Below are positions 20,501 to 31,220 of a stretch of DNA of 64,000 nt, in pieces. Within the stretch, counting starts at the first letter, position 1; each line of letters starts with the position of its first letter. A model generated the notes under the pieces. That model had not been told where the DNA came from and did not search any database. It saw nothing but the letters and a program-made list of their open reading frames with translations. A program made the translations under genes and the position numbers. The stretch is from an uncultured virus (IMG/VR IMGVR_UViG_3300020182_000026). Its lineage: Duplodnaviria > Heunggongvirae > Uroviricota > Caudoviricetes. Location of the stretch: positions 1 through 64,000 of the IMG/VR virus record IMGVR_UViG_3300020182_000026; one strand, 5' to 3'.

Positions 20501-23500
20501 TGAAGATATTTTTAATCTACCAACTGATACTGACGCACTAATGTTAGGAATGTTAAGTGAATTTATCTGCTGTGCAACACTAGACGCCGTTGGGTTAGAA
20601 TTAGTCTCAAATGTATTTGATGGGAATCCCAAGTCATTAAACGCTGAACCAGATAACGTAAGTTCATCTTCGTCTGTTTCAATAATTAATATATCACCCG
20701 ATATGTATGAATCTAAGTATGTTAATGAATTTAAGTCATCGGCTAAATTTGCAAGTTTACTCTCAATGATAGAACTAGAACCAAAGCCAATGTCAAGTAA
20801 TGCATTACCTGTCATCGTAAGCTGTGCTGTAGAACTAATAAGCATAACAAAATTAGAAACGTCAATTGAAGCAGTTACTGGTGCGCCGGTTGAATTTATT
20901 TCATCAATGATATCCTGGGTACTTAAAAACTGTGCTACTGGTTGTGCTACAAGTTCAACTGTTATATCCACAAGACCATCTTGGTCTACATCAGGAGTTA
21001 ACGGATCACCGTCATCATCTACTTGTCCATCTGCGATGGGAGTATTGAATGTAATTACATCGTTTGCGTATGTGTATGCACTAGTGGTTAATACGTATGG
21101 CGTATCTACTCCGTTGTCTACTGTAATATCACCCGGTAAAAAGTTAGTCATATCAGTTGTAAGGGTTATACTACTAACATCGGTTGCGACCCCTGTTTGT
21201 ATTTCCTCACTATCCGAACCAGTTACTGGTCCAGGTACAGTAAAAGTAACTGTTACACCATTAATTCTAATAGATTTCGTTTCCGTAATTGTAGGATATT
21301 CAATAGAACCAACAACTTCGATATCTCTAATCGTAACATTATCATTATTTCCATTAGAATCTATAACTAAAGTCTCACCAGTGGTTAAATCTGTTGTTAC
21401 CGTTGCAGTACTTTCTGCACGTATACTTTGAGTAGCACTGTAGTCGATGGTAATTGTTTCGCCATTAATATCAATCTTATCACCTGCTAAACTCGTTACA
21501 GTCTGTGTTGCTGTTGCATTAGTTCCGCTAAATGTCACAAGTGTATTTGTATTTGCAATTAGACCATCATCTCCGTACACAACGATACGAACTTGTTCGC
21601 CTTCACTTACAATTGGGTCTGCTGTAGCAGTACTACCACCAATAGATATACCTGTACTTGTTCCACCTGTTCCTGGCACATATGTAAATATTTCGCCGTC
21701 GATAACAAGAGTATCACCAGAAAGAATAGTAGGGTTAGAAACATAACTGATCGCTTCAACTCCGATTGTCCCGGATGTTGGAATATAAACTGAGTTATCT
21801 GTTGTTGTGTCAATCTCAACAACAAGCGGTTCATATGTCTGGTCGAACACTAAGTATTCGTAAACATTAACACCGTTTGATATACGTGTTCCATCACTCA
21901 CAAGATAATAGTTACCTTGGATTTCTGGGTCTACGTTGCCATTAATGATTTTAAGATAAACTGTTTCACTTGTACTAACTTCATTTGTTAGCGCAACTTT
22001 CAATTGACCATCAGATGTTTCGCTAATAAAGTTAATTTCAGCAACTTCACTAAGTCTCTTAACATCCCAATCACGTTCTTCATCAAATCTTACCCATGCA
22101 AGGTCACCTTCATAGTATGGAAGTGTAGAAGTTTCCAGTGTATCTGAATCTTGCACAACATAATTTACGTCTGATGGGTCAACATAACCAGCAGTTTTGA
22201 TTGCTACTCGTTTACCAAACTCAACTGTTGGCATTTTATTATCCATATTAAAGTGGACAACATGTGGGTCGCTTACGATATCAATTGTATTGACAGTAGA
22301 AGAAACTGATAGATTATTATCAAGTTTACCATAGTCAGCAATCTTAATAGCCCATATATCACGGTGCTTCAAGTCTTCAAAGTTGGAATTGAAGTTAATA
22401 ATTCTATTGATACTTGAAACTGTAGATTTACCAGCTAAGAACCCTTTGTAGAATTCTAACTGAGACTCACGCTCTACACCATGATTAGTAAGATATGTTC
22501 TTGGCGAATATCCAATTTGATTTGATTTTAGGTTGTTGATGTTCTTTAGACTTTGGTCTACGATTGTATCTCTGTAGTAACGTGTCTCACCTACCATTGT
22601 TTCTAAGTTAGGAACAAGTTCATTCTCATACACAATGTAACCATCTGCTGCAAGTGTGCCGTCCCAATCTGTTGTTCTGTTACAATCTACAATCATACGT
22701 AGGTTTCTGTTATGTGAGAATGGATCGTAAATTACATCACCGTAACTGTCTACTCTATCAACAACAAATGCTTGTTCAATATCTGCTACATCAAGTTTAA
22801 TACCGTAAACTGGTGTCGTACTTTCCCAAGTAATCTTTGAACCATCTGAATTAAATTTAATGTCTGTGTCTGGAAGTTGTCTACCATTTTCATCTACTAC
22901 ACGATAGTAGTTCTTATTTGTTTCTCTACCTACAGTTGCAACACCGTAAGGAGCTTCAAATGAACCGCTTAATAATATCGGAGTTAGCGTAATGAAATCG
23001 CCTGGTTGATGTACTTCTGCACTCCAGTCTAAGAATTTTTCTAACAGTCTTTCAAAGTCAACAACACGATTGTCTTCATCTACATCCGTAAAGTCCCAAC
23101 CGATTGCTTTAAGATACGCTTGATATCCTACCATTAAATGTGCTACTTCATCACGTGTACTAAGAATGTCACCGTAGTTATAAGTTTTAATTTGGTCAAG
23201 TAAAGTTTCACGATAGCCATTAGCTTCTACTTTGTTTACTCTAGGCCATTCTGGAAGTAGCTTCCAGTTTTTAATATCATTGTCGAATAGTGAACTAGCT
23301 GTGTGATTTAATAATGAAACATACGGCTTATTATTGTAAACTGTATAACTATCTTGTCTGTAGTACTCGCCACTCGTCCAAACATTAATATTAGCTTGAT
23401 CTCCATCTGTTGACCATACTTTTCTCTTGCTGGTCTTATCCCAATCTAAAGTAAAGAACATCGGATTGTAATCATCATAACCGTGAATACGATAGCCAAA

Positions 23501-26500
23501 TTCACGTGTCTTAGGCTGTGATATCAACGTCCACATCGCATAATCAAACTTTATTGAGTTTGCAGTTTCTTTTGCACTCTCACCAGTTGTTTTACGTTTA
23601 TAATATTTGTGGTCGTATGGGTTTAGGACAACGTCTCCTGCATTGTATGTTGCAGTAGAATTCATATCGTATGTTGGGTATGCTACATCTGTAGAAACTT
23701 TTTCGATAACAATTGCAGAAAAACTTTCTGAACGATTAGGCTCACCAGCATGTACAAATAAGTCGTAATTGTCACTAGGAATGTCGGTATAGTGACTATT
23801 AGACAGTCCCGAATTTTCTGATAGTAGTTTGAAGTTATTAACAAACCCACCTAGCTTTGAACCTAATTTAAATTCATATTGCTCACGCTGTGCTGTGATA
23901 GAAGACGTACTGAATCCTTCACGTGCATGATAGTATGAAATGATATTATCTACTTGTGTCGCATAGTTATCTAGCACTTCAAACGGCTTAGTCAAAATCA
24001 TTAGTAAGAATTCTGCAAATGCATATTCACTACTGCGTCTCCATGCCATCTCAACAGGTGATCCGTCTCCGAATTCCCAATCTTGATCCATAGTTGAAAT
24101 TTCTGCGGCTGTGATTGCTCCGCTGAAAAACAAATCATTCATAGTAGCAATCTGACCGTAACTATCTACTGGTACTGGCCAGTCTTTCTGACGAGCCGAT
24201 TTTAGATTTTCCCAAAATGAAATCTGAGTGTAGTCGCTACCATACAATGCATCAAAGTTATCTGGCTTTTGTGATAGACCAACTGCTACCCACGGCTCAA
24301 CTACTGGGTTATCGGTACCATATACATATTGCATGATGCCGCGCCAATGCCCAGGTGATTGTTCGTTAATAGAACGATAGTTCCATGTCTTCCAGTTGTC
24401 TGGATCGAATGTATCATTGTATAGATTATCGATATTGTTTCTAATCATCCACTTCTTAAAGAATGGATACTGTATATATTTTTTCTCTGCGATTGAATAT
24501 TCGACTGTTGCATCACGGTATATACCGTAATCAAAATGATTGATAGTGTTATCTGATACAGATGGGGCAAGTCTATTGTATATGAGAGTTTCGAATTCTA
24601 ATAGAATGTCATCTGTTCTATCGCCCCATGCTGGAGTAACAGAACCATCGTGTCCTACAATCATTTCAGTTGTAGGTGTGTATTCAATATCAGTTACACG
24701 TCTCGGAACATACAAAGCATTGATATCTAACTTAGTTGAACTGGGTGGGATGAATGTGTCAGCAAGTTTTTCAAAATATCGTATCTGTATGATGTCAGTT
24801 GCTTGCGCTGTGTATTCAGTAAATACTACTTCGCTACCTTGAAGTTCATAATCTGTAATATTCTTTTGTAGAACACCGTTAAGATACACAGAAAGTTTTT
24901 CTGTATCAATAACGTCTGCAATCATGTTATCCGGGATCGGTTGAAAACGAGAACCAACAGCAATATCAATTTCGCCTAATGTATAGTGACTTAGATTGTT
25001 ACCGAAATTAACCATACCAGTTCCGTCAAATACACTAATACTTGAACGTTTTGCTAGAGATATTTCTGCAATTGCTTGTTCTAAAATTTCGGTTGTCGTT
25101 TTCGTATCACTGCTAGTATCTTCTAGTATATCTCTTACAACGGTTACTAATTTATTTTTATAATTGCTATAAGCTGATGCTAAGAATTCAACAGACTTAA
25201 CTGGATCATAGTCATCACGTGTTACTGCAAAATATGCTTTCTTAATATCGATAGAATTACGAACTAACACACTGCCCAAATTATTGAAGCGTGTCTTATC
25301 TGTGTTATCACCAATCTGTCTATAATTGTTTACACCATTCGCTTCGCCAGTTAGTCCATCTGTCGTTTCAATCAATCTAATCATATGTTCATAGACTGTT
25401 GAGTACGTCATTTCTTTAAGATTGTGATATTCGTTATCTGTATTGTATTCGATTGCTGGATCAATACGCTGCCATACAAAATCGCCATCTACTACAACAT
25501 TATCTGCGGTAGCATAGTCAATGTATACATAACCTTCTACTGTGCTATCAAATTCGACTGCACTGTTTGAATATGTATAGTTACCGATTTGTTTGATACC
25601 ATCTACATATACATCAATGTCATTTGCACTTAGTGCTGGTTGTGTAAGTTCTACACGATCCACTTCACCAGTGCCAACTTCATGGCGTAAGTTTCTGTAA
25701 TTGAAATCACATTCAGTATACAAGTCAACAAATGAACTGTCAAGCTCAAACTTTATTCCTTGTGGCAAATCTATTCTGAATACATATTCACTATGATAAT
25801 CTCCAGCTTTAACTTTAGGAGCAAATCCCAATTCAATGTCAAGTGGGAAGTTATCATTTACAACATACTCAAAAATACTGTAAGTATTATCGCCGTCGTC
25901 TGATACGAATTTAGGGACTTCCCATTCTGTTACACTAGCATTTGCAATTGTTAGTCTTGCATCAAATTCAATAATAGGACGAGTAGCTTGTTCGATATAT
26001 TGTTTGTTGTCGCTCGTAATGAACTCACGAATGTCATCATAGTGGTACCATGCGTTGTTTTCGCCCCACCAGTTACCAGTAGAGTTTTCAACAGTAACGT
26101 AATGTTTATTATCGCTACCTTGTAATCCGTTTACAAAGAACCCGGGACGTACCCAATAATATAAACTCCAGTTCGCAAACTTGTCCGCATCAATCGGTAG
26201 ACTAACTGTAAAAGATGTTGACTTAAACAATCTTCTGTGGTCATTTGTCAACATACCTTTATTGAACATTGCATTTAGCAAATCATCATAGTATATGTTA
26301 TCGTTTATTTGAGTATTTGAAAATACAGGTTCTAGTCCGTAATTGTCACGCTGAAACAAATGTTCAGGGAAAGACATATAAACATCTTTGTCACTGTAAA
26401 TACCTTTCTCTTTTCTACCAAGGAATGCTTTTTCTTTTTGCATTGATCCTTTAGAGAACGCACGTTCTAGTGTAGCATCAAAGATACTTTCTAGTTCACT

Positions 26501-26545
26501 ATTGCGTAAGTGTGCTGGGAGAAAGTTATATATTTTATTCGCCAT
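17558..26545 (-). CDS. giant (2995 aa) virion structural protein, probable baseplate wedge component
   Basis: directly follows gp6-like gene; N-terminal NFLP motif; C-terminal KPYHTK motif; beta-rich internal modules. Confidence 0.65.
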   Translation of the reverse strand: MANKIYNFLPAHLRNSELESIFDATLERAFSKGSMQKEKAFLGRKEKGIYSDKDVYMSFPEHLFQRDNYGLEPVFSNTQINDNIYYDDLLNAMFNKGMLTNDHRRLFKSTSFTVSLPIDADKFANWSLYYWVRPGFFVNGLQGSDNKHYVTVENSTGNWWGENNAWYHYDDIREFITSDNKQYIEQATRPIIEFDARLTIANASVTEWEVPKFVSDDGDNTYSIFEYVVNDNFPLDIELGFAPKVKAGDYHSEYVFRIDLPQGIKFELDSSFVDLYTECDFNYRNLRHEVGTGEVDRVELTQPALSANDIDVYVDGIKQIGNYTYSNSAVEFDSTVEGYVYIDYATADNVVVDGDFVWQRIDPAIEYNTDNEYHNLKEMTYSTVYEHMIRLIETTDGLTGEANGVNNYRQIGDNTDKTRFNNLGSVLVRNSIDIKKAYFAVTRDDYDPVKSVEFLASAYSNYKNKLVTVVRDILEDTSSDTKTTTEILEQAIAEISLAKRSSISVFDGTGMVNFGNNLSHYTLGEIDIAVGSRFQPIPDNMIADVIDTEKLSVYLNGVLQKNITDYELQGSEVVFTEYTAQATDIIQIRYFEKLADTFIPPSSTKLDINALYVPRRVTDIEYTPTTEMIVGHDGSVTPAWGDRTDDILLEFETLIYNRLAPSVSDNTINHFDYGIYRDATVEYSIAEKKYIQYPFFKKWMIRNNIDNLYNDTFDPDNWKTWNYRSINEQSPGHWRGIMQYVYGTDNPVVEPWVAVGLSQKPDNFDALYGSDYTQISFWENLKSARQKDWPVPVDSYGQIATMNDLFFSGAITAAEISTMDQDWEFGDGSPVEMAWRRSSEYAFAEFLLMILTKPFEVLDNYATQVDNIISYYHAREGFSTSSITAQREQYEFKLGSKLGGFVNNFKLLSENSGLSNSHYTDIPSDNYDLFVHAGEPNRSESFSAIVIEKVSTDVAYPTYDMNSTATYNAGDVVLNPYDHKYYKRKTTGESAKETANSIKFDYAMWTLISQPKTREFGYRIHGYDDYNPMFFTLDWDKTSKRKVWSTDGDQANINVWTSGEYYRQDSYTVYNNKPYVSLLNHTASSLFDNDIKNWKLLPEWPRVNKVEANGYRETLLDQIKTYNYGDILSTRDEVAHLMVGYQAYLKAIGWDFTDVDEDNRVVDFERLLEKFLDWSAEVHQPGDFITLTPILLSGSFEAPYGVATVGRETNKNYYRVVDENGRQLPDTDIKFNSDGSKITWESTTPVYGIKLDVADIEQAFVVDRVDSYGDVIYDPFSHNRNLRMIVDCNRTTDWDGTLAADGYIVYENELVPNLETMVGETRYYRDTIVDQSLKNINNLKSNQIGYSPRTYLTNHGVERESQLEFYKGFLAGKSTVSSINRIINFNSNFEDLKHRDIWAIKIADYGKLDNNLSVSSTVNTIDIVSDPHVVHFNMDNKMPTVEFGKRVAIKTAGYVDPSDVNYVVQDSDTLETSTLPYYEGDLAWVRFDEERDWDVKRLSEVAEINFISETSDGQLKVALTNEVSTSETVYLKIINGNVDPEIQGNYYLVSDGTRISNGVNVYEYLVFDQTYEPLVVEIDTTTDNSVYIPTSGTIGVEAISYVSNPTILSGDTLVIDGEIFTYVPGTGGTSTGISIGGSTATADPIVSEGEQVRIVVYGDDGLIANTNTLVTFSGTNATATQTVTSLAGDKIDINGETITIDYSATQSIRAESTATVTTDLTTGETLVIDSNGNNDNVTIRDIEVVGSIEYPTITETKSIRINGVTVTFTVPGPVTGSDSEEIQTGVATDVSSITLTTDMTNFLPGDITVDNGVDTPYVLTTSAYTYANDVITFNTPIADGQVDDDGDPLTPDVDQDGLVDITVELVAQPVAQFLSTQDIIDEINSTGAPVTASIDVSNFVMLISSTAQLTMTGNALLDIGFGSSSIIESKLANLADDLNSLTYLDSYISGDILIIETDEDELTLSGSAFNDLGFPSNTFETNSNPTASSVAQQINSLNIPNISASVSVGRLKISSNSANIIIEENVSTPGSMLRIGFSQTSVEVNSIDSIITDLNSALSDLLGTSAQEFDRRVLIASDESSIVLSDITGNAWNDLGIAVGTYSNTNTLSSSAAEFQEQINDASDNVTVNISSDGRMIFTSENNTMTFSGTTQAMLDKIGLSNEYTSVTSNADFKVMRWKSVRFTPRYNGDDFDEFYAELGLNYTSLIWADEYLNSGWAVLNRNEYGTLHILNRRAKPVNTDYVNRIVAKSGDEFYDYQLFDPINFKIAGSIAKDIDYVDWNDPAKYDVTLNSDLWLSQSLGKIWWDTNLTRYYRYDDYGDANGNIDIDYAKRFWGKIVPGSEVVVKQWVTSEKLPDGVSQFNTETYFDSIKNKTVTKYYYWIATGDEARYAKEFSVEEISMMIASPTTVNKFFPVDGDTVIVSNNANILTSDTITYSIEYNVDDNRETHHTDWELVSRKSSAPLEDIFLQDFKNSIANSEISHYEQFEVSATDITSTGVAFSYDWIGDNSLTHNDIVVTVNNVIVSNNDFVINVDEVTILSAVDILEDDVVRVYHVSEYDSWFANITDARDNFASTVLSTLSKRMIATDFPMYNDYIALNHGVFATTNWYHAEEYETIDTFEYLSRTRNIDMIALHNSGVSSFKVELPDGDEYYFPVNGEIRLVHKTNSVLDLDFSITELTVPETVRLTANQLSVQLHELMNMIYKYAEVSEIKTIFFDMIEYMYTERTHPEWIFKTSYIDLTMFNKPLRQYAIYQRDTYQDTIDYVMETKPYHTKIRTTERIYPTDETADLTVDALHHMHITKYFGEHSRFELNGIDGGDEEVTDTSLFEPLVDGEYLGGKFLRNDIGYTYSADGFDTGEFSASARDASIVTVDTFTDETRTTLDRKEFYVYDKFGRGYHIPVTDSGTISSFDGETLVVNQASKFKAAKSKTIRLVAVEDANGNVEFMVYDSKSTNNLRISERGVYNGVATSVDNGNTIYVLGAPDQIYSHEDT

Positions 26546-26547
26546 TC

Positions 26548-29500
26548 TTATTCACCTGTTAATTCATTGTCTGCAATTGATGAAATTATTTTTACATCTT
26601 TTGATGTTACTACGCTCAAGAAAATCTCATGCGGTTCACAATTAATACTTAGCAAGTTCTTAAAATCATTTCCTGAATATTTTGGAGTAATCACAACACT
26701 TGAAATATAATCTGAAAGTTCTTGGTGTAGATATGCTGCTAGTTCAGAGAAGTAGAATTGATCCCCAAAATCCCAGTTATCTAAATTAAAATATTCATTA
26801 ACTTTTTTAGCAACTACACTTTTAATTTCACTGTTAGTGTATGCTGTGCCACGTTTAGCAATAACTTTAAATACTGCTTGATTTTCTGCATCTGCATAAT
26901 CACCAAATAACATTTTAAACTTTACCGGGATATAACTTACGTGATCGCCGATAGCTGCCTTGTCTTCAATAGATTCCATAATCTTGCGAAGTTCAAAATT
27001 GTTAGGAGATGCTGGGATAACATCACTGAACCCATTAGCAATCCACTCGTTGATGTTTCTAACGTAGTCTGACGTAAGAACATACATATCAATGATGTTG
27101 CTTGTACTCGGGTCAATTCTCTTATCTACATCGGCATAATGATCCCATCGGAAACTCATAAACGTATCTTCAACGTAACTACGTCCCATAACAACACGAT
27201 AATGAACGTTGTTATAATCAATTTCAGTGCCATCTTCATTTACCAAACCATACTCAAAACTAGGTGTCCAGATTCCTGAAATCTTACGTTTCCAAACATT
27301 TGTCTCTGGGTTATACCAAATAATAGCAGTAGACGGTAGTGCTTCTGTATCCGTTGCTGCAATTGCACGACTTGATACTTTTTCGTAAGTAACGTCATCA
27401 TAAGTGTAATCTTCAAGTATGATATATGATACAACTTCACCATTGAATACATTAAGAATTCCGTGAGGATCCTTCTCTGAATCCATATGCAACACTTTAA
27501 CTTTTGAATAATCTGTATAACCTGCATCGGTAATAAATTTACCATACACGTAACTTTGTACATCTTTATATGATTGTACTTTTACATTAGTTCTATATGT
27601 AACATCTACTACTGCTTCAACTTTAACTGAGAACGTTGATAAATCTGCGATACCTACGCCTGCAATACTTACGTCAAGTAATGATCCTTCACCAGGATCA
27701 TATGTCCAGAATGTAATCGTATATGTTGATGCATCTACTTCCATATCCCAATGTTCATTAGAAATGAATGTGCCGTTTGGCATCTGAACTAAGATACCTT
27801 CTTCTGATAAAACTGTTGTAGAATTAAAAACGATTTTACCATATGCTAACTGCTTCCATTTAACATCGTTATCATTTAAGTCAATTCCCCAACCATCGTT
27901 TCTTGGAAATTCAAACTCATACATGTTGCCGTTCACTGTAGTGAAATACTCGGTCTGTACTCCACGCATTGGGTCTTCTGCCGTATCAATTGTTTCACCT
28001 TCTGGAAGTTCGTTTTGGTCTACCCAAATAAAGTTCGCACTATCACTTGCGTCTGAGAAATATGATGCACTCGGTGTTCCCTTGAATCCTGTATCAAGTA
28101 AATCTGCTGAACTCAACGTCACTGTAGAAGATGTAGATGCAACGTTTGCGGCGTCTACTGTTTCGACATTAACTGCTAGAGCAGGATAAATGAACTCATT
28201 ACTGTCTTCAACATCTACGTCACTTTCTACTATACTAGATTCACCAATAAACCCAGAAGTATCTGCGATATCAAATGAGATTATATATTGAGGTTCTTCT
28301 CCGATAATTGGAACATCGCCGTTTACGTCTAGTTCAGGAGTAATTGGATATTCTATACCTAGCGGAGATACCAAGTAATGTTGTGTACTTCTGTGTACAA
28401 TTTGACCTGGGTGACCATTGATAAATTCTAATGTTTCCTTTGCACCAGTATATTGATATACCGCATCAAACGTTGCTCCATTGCCGTCTGGTATGTAATT
28501 AGAAATTGGAGTGTAACCAATTGCAACTGAATCTGATTGTAAGTTGTCTATTGCAACTGAATCAGCTTGTACATCGTAGTAGTTAATTAAAAGCTGGTCG
28601 CGCTCTGCTAAATTAGTTTCATTGTCAACAACCATTTCATTATTGCCATAATAAAATTTAACTTGATCATTACTTTCAAATACAATTTTCTTACCAGTGA
28701 AACTTACTGAATATTCTGCTTCATTATCTCTGATGCCAGGGTTATATGATAGTTCTAAGAATACATCTGTTCCAGGAACAAGTTCAGTAGTCTCATCATG
28801 AATTTCCCATCCCCACTTCACTCCATCAAATACATATTTGATAATAAATGATGACACTGAAAGGTCTTCAATCTTTTGAGATTTAATATCTGTGATTTCA
28901 GTGTCTTCAAAACGTGTTCTATAACCTCTAACAATAGCTTCTATCTGTCCTGATAATTCTGGAATAATATCTGTAACTTCAAAGTTATTGAGGTTAGATA
29001 CTGGTGAACTCGAACTATAATTCATTCTTGTCCAATACTCTGTTTCGCTATCACCAACAAGTTTAACAAAGTCACCAGAGCGTATACCATTAATCATAGT
29101 AATACGAGGAACAATAACTTTAGGGTCTGTTGGGTCGATATCAAACATCTCTGGTGCTAGAGTTAAATCAATAACCGCGTCAGTGTTTGTTTTGTTTGCG
29201 GAATAGAAAAGATTTACTAAACTTGGGTGTCTAATTGCTTTTGCAATTTCGTTTCTGATAAAATCAGTAGCGTTACCATTCTGTCTGTTGAAACGTAAGT
29301 TCATGGTAACAGCATCATCGTCCATATACACAGAACCATCTGTGCCAGTAATACTGATATTAGAATGATGTCCTGTAACATCGTCCATTTCAAAGTAACG
29401 TGAATTACCTGCGTATGTTGTGTTTACTGCTTTTACTTTTGATACGATATTTGAACCAAGTGATAGCGGAAGAACGTTATAATCTTGTGCGTTCACCATT

Positions 29501-30786
29501 CTATCTTGTGCATAGTATGAGCGCGGCGCAATGCGTCTTACACTTGTGTATGATTCTGCTGCAAAGTTTTCAGAGAAGTCACGGGTAGACGAAAGAGTAA
29601 GAACTAAGCGATAGTTCTTTTTGTCTGCGCCAGTGTATGGAATAGAAATTGTTTTTTCTTTAACGTCATTTCTGTCTACTCTATAGTTTTCATTATCTGT
29701 TACACGATACCAAACACGATAGTTACCACTTGCAGCATTACCAAATACACCATCGCCATAATGCAATTCAATTGCATTGTTATTGATTGTGTTAACGCTT
29801 ACGATATCACCGTTACCGTTACGAAGTGAATTATAGACTGCTGTTTCTCTTGTATCGTTGTCTACTTTTGTTACACTAGATGAATATGTGTTAGTATTAT
29901 CTACACGTTGTACCCAAACATCGGTGTTTGAAATATTATTAGTCGCAACTGTTTCGATAAGATTTGAGATTTTTGTACTGTATGAAAAGTTTTCAAACTG
30001 TAGTGTACCAGTCTTTGCATAAACAAAGAAGCCTGTTCTATCACTTGCTGGGCCTAGATTGTCATTTCTGTTTACGATTGTAAACTTCTTTGTTTCAATT
30101 GGCTCTGCTTCAAGAATTTTATCATCTGTGAATGCAGTACGCACTGCTTCAAATCTTCTATTCTTACCAGAGACTGGAGCTTCAAAAGAAAATGATACTG
30201 CACGTGACGCATCTGTTTCATTAAGTTCATAAAGATAATTCTCAACACCAGCAACTACCATACTTGCCATTGGGTCTTGAATTTTTGAAGATGATGCAAG
30301 CGCGGCATTGATAACGTCAATAAAGTTTTCATACCAGTCAGTATTGTTAGAGTCATTCCAATTGATTGTGCGATTGGCTAGAGAGTTACCTTCGTTATCT
30401 GCAATTGGTTGATCTGTTGTAATACTTGTAATTTTTAAGAAGCCACGTGCGTTTGTCGGACGCGTCTTATTATATCCCAACGTCTTAGCCATACGTAGAA
30501 CACTTTCACGGCGTTCTGCTGTATCTAAGAAGTTTTCGCGTGTGTTCATATCAAGTCTAAATGACAATGAATGTCCTAGATATGCAACCAAATCTAAAAT
30601 TGCAATAAATTCTGAACTTGCGATAAAGTCATTAAACTTATCTGGGTATGTTGTCGCAACATAATCAACTAGTGCGGCTCTGATAGTATCAAAGTCGTAT
30701 GCTTTTAAACTTACATTTGTAAACGCTGTATAAACTGCTGTCCAGCTTTCACTTGCAAATAAATTGTCAACTCTTTCTTGACTCAT
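26548..30786 (-). CDS. gp6: baseplate wedge subunit (T4 gp6-like), extended
   Basis: YDFDTIR...DFIASSE...LAKTLGY-type N-terminus, YGDGVFG, QDRMVNAQDY. Confidence 0.8.
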   Translation of the reverse strand: MSQERVDNLFASESWTAVYTAFTNVSLKAYDFDTIRAALVDYVATTYPDKFNDFIASSEFIAILDLVAYLGHSLSFRLDMNTRENFLDTAERRESVLRMAKTLGYNKTRPTNARGFLKITSITTDQPIADNEGNSLANRTINWNDSNNTDWYENFIDVINAALASSSKIQDPMASMVVAGVENYLYELNETDASRAVSFSFEAPVSGKNRRFEAVRTAFTDDKILEAEPIETKKFTIVNRNDNLGPASDRTGFFVYAKTGTLQFENFSYSTKISNLIETVATNNISNTDVWVQRVDNTNTYSSSVTKVDNDTRETAVYNSLRNGNGDIVSVNTINNNAIELHYGDGVFGNAASGNYRVWYRVTDNENYRVDRNDVKEKTISIPYTGADKKNYRLVLTLSSTRDFSENFAAESYTSVRRIAPRSYYAQDRMVNAQDYNVLPLSLGSNIVSKVKAVNTTYAGNSRYFEMDDVTGHHSNISITGTDGSVYMDDDAVTMNLRFNRQNGNATDFIRNEIAKAIRHPSLVNLFYSANKTNTDAVIDLTLAPEMFDIDPTDPKVIVPRITMINGIRSGDFVKLVGDSETEYWTRMNYSSSSPVSNLNNFEVTDIIPELSGQIEAIVRGYRTRFEDTEITDIKSQKIEDLSVSSFIIKYVFDGVKWGWEIHDETTELVPGTDVFLELSYNPGIRDNEAEYSVSFTGKKIVFESNDQVKFYYGNNEMVVDNETNLAERDQLLINYYDVQADSVAIDNLQSDSVAIGYTPISNYIPDGNGATFDAVYQYTGAKETLEFINGHPGQIVHRSTQHYLVSPLGIEYPITPELDVNGDVPIIGEEPQYIISFDIADTSGFIGESSIVESDVDVEDSNEFIYPALAVNVETVDAANVASTSSTVTLSSADLLDTGFKGTPSASYFSDASDSANFIWVDQNELPEGETIDTAEDPMRGVQTEYFTTVNGNMYEFEFPRNDGWGIDLNDNDVKWKQLAYGKIVFNSTTVLSEEGILVQMPNGTFISNEHWDMEVDASTYTITFWTYDPGEGSLLDVSIAGVGIADLSTFSVKVEAVVDVTYRTNVKVQSYKDVQSYVYGKFITDAGYTDYSKVKVLHMDSEKDPHGILNVFNGEVVSYIILEDYTYDDVTYEKVSSRAIAATDTEALPSTAIIWYNPETNVWKRKISGIWTPSFEYGLVNEDGTEIDYNNVHYRVVMGRSYVEDTFMSFRWDHYADVDKRIDPSTSNIIDMYVLTSDYVRNINEWIANGFSDVIPASPNNFELRKIMESIEDKAAIGDHVSYIPVKFKMLFGDYADAENQAVFKVIAKRGTAYTNSEIKSVVAKKVNEYFNLDNWDFGDQFYFSELAAYLHQELSDYISSVVITPKYSGNDFKNLLSINCEPHEIFLSVVTSKDVKIISSIADNELTGE

Positions 30787-30787
30787 G

Positions 30788-31150
30788 TTATTCTCTCTCT
30801 AAATCTATTTGTAGGATCACAGGTTCATCTTCGTTTACGATTGATACTGTAAGTTCTACGTTTATGGTATGGTCTGTATCTGATACATCAATATTATCTA
30901 AGTTGACTCTAGGGTCTTCGTCAATAATTGCTGTGATATCTTCTTCAATAATATCTTTGATTGCAGGAGTTAACGGTTCAAATATTAGTTCATGAATAAT
31001 GCTACCATATGTAGGCATCATTACACGCTCACCTTTGCGAGTCATAATATGGTTCATCAAGTCTTCAATAACAAGGTCTTTGCCTGTTAAGACATGATTA
31101 ATAGCACTTTTATTCTTTGTGCTAAAACCTGAAAATCTAATATTGTTCAT
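30788..31150 (-). CDS. gp25: baseplate wedge subunit (T4 gp25-like)
   Basis: TRKGERVMMPTYGS...LIFEP...EDPRV; likely start MNNIRF at 31150. Confidence 0.85.
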   Translation of the reverse strand: MNNIRFSGFSTKNKSAINHVLTGKDLVIEDLMNHIMTRKGERVMMPTYGSIIHELIFEPLTPAIKDIIEEDITAIIDEDPRVNLDNIDVSDTDHTINVELTVSIVNEDEPVILQIDLERE

Positions 31151-31182
31151 GTTATTCTCTCTGTAGTTTATTCGATTAAGAG

Positions 31183-31215
31183 TATTTATCAACGTATAAA
31201 CTACGAACATAAATA
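31183..31215. promoter_or_regulatory. back-to-back late-like promoters (GATAAATA -, CATAAATA +) flanking TATAAACTACGAA
   Basis: octamers at 31183-31190 (-) and 31208-31215 (+). Confidence 0.5.
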
Positions 31216-31220
31216 TATAC

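Noticed and set aside
20283..21431. 382-aa plus-strand ORF
   Set aside because: Antisense shadow of the 2995-aa gene; composition mirrors its codon bias; no RBS or motif
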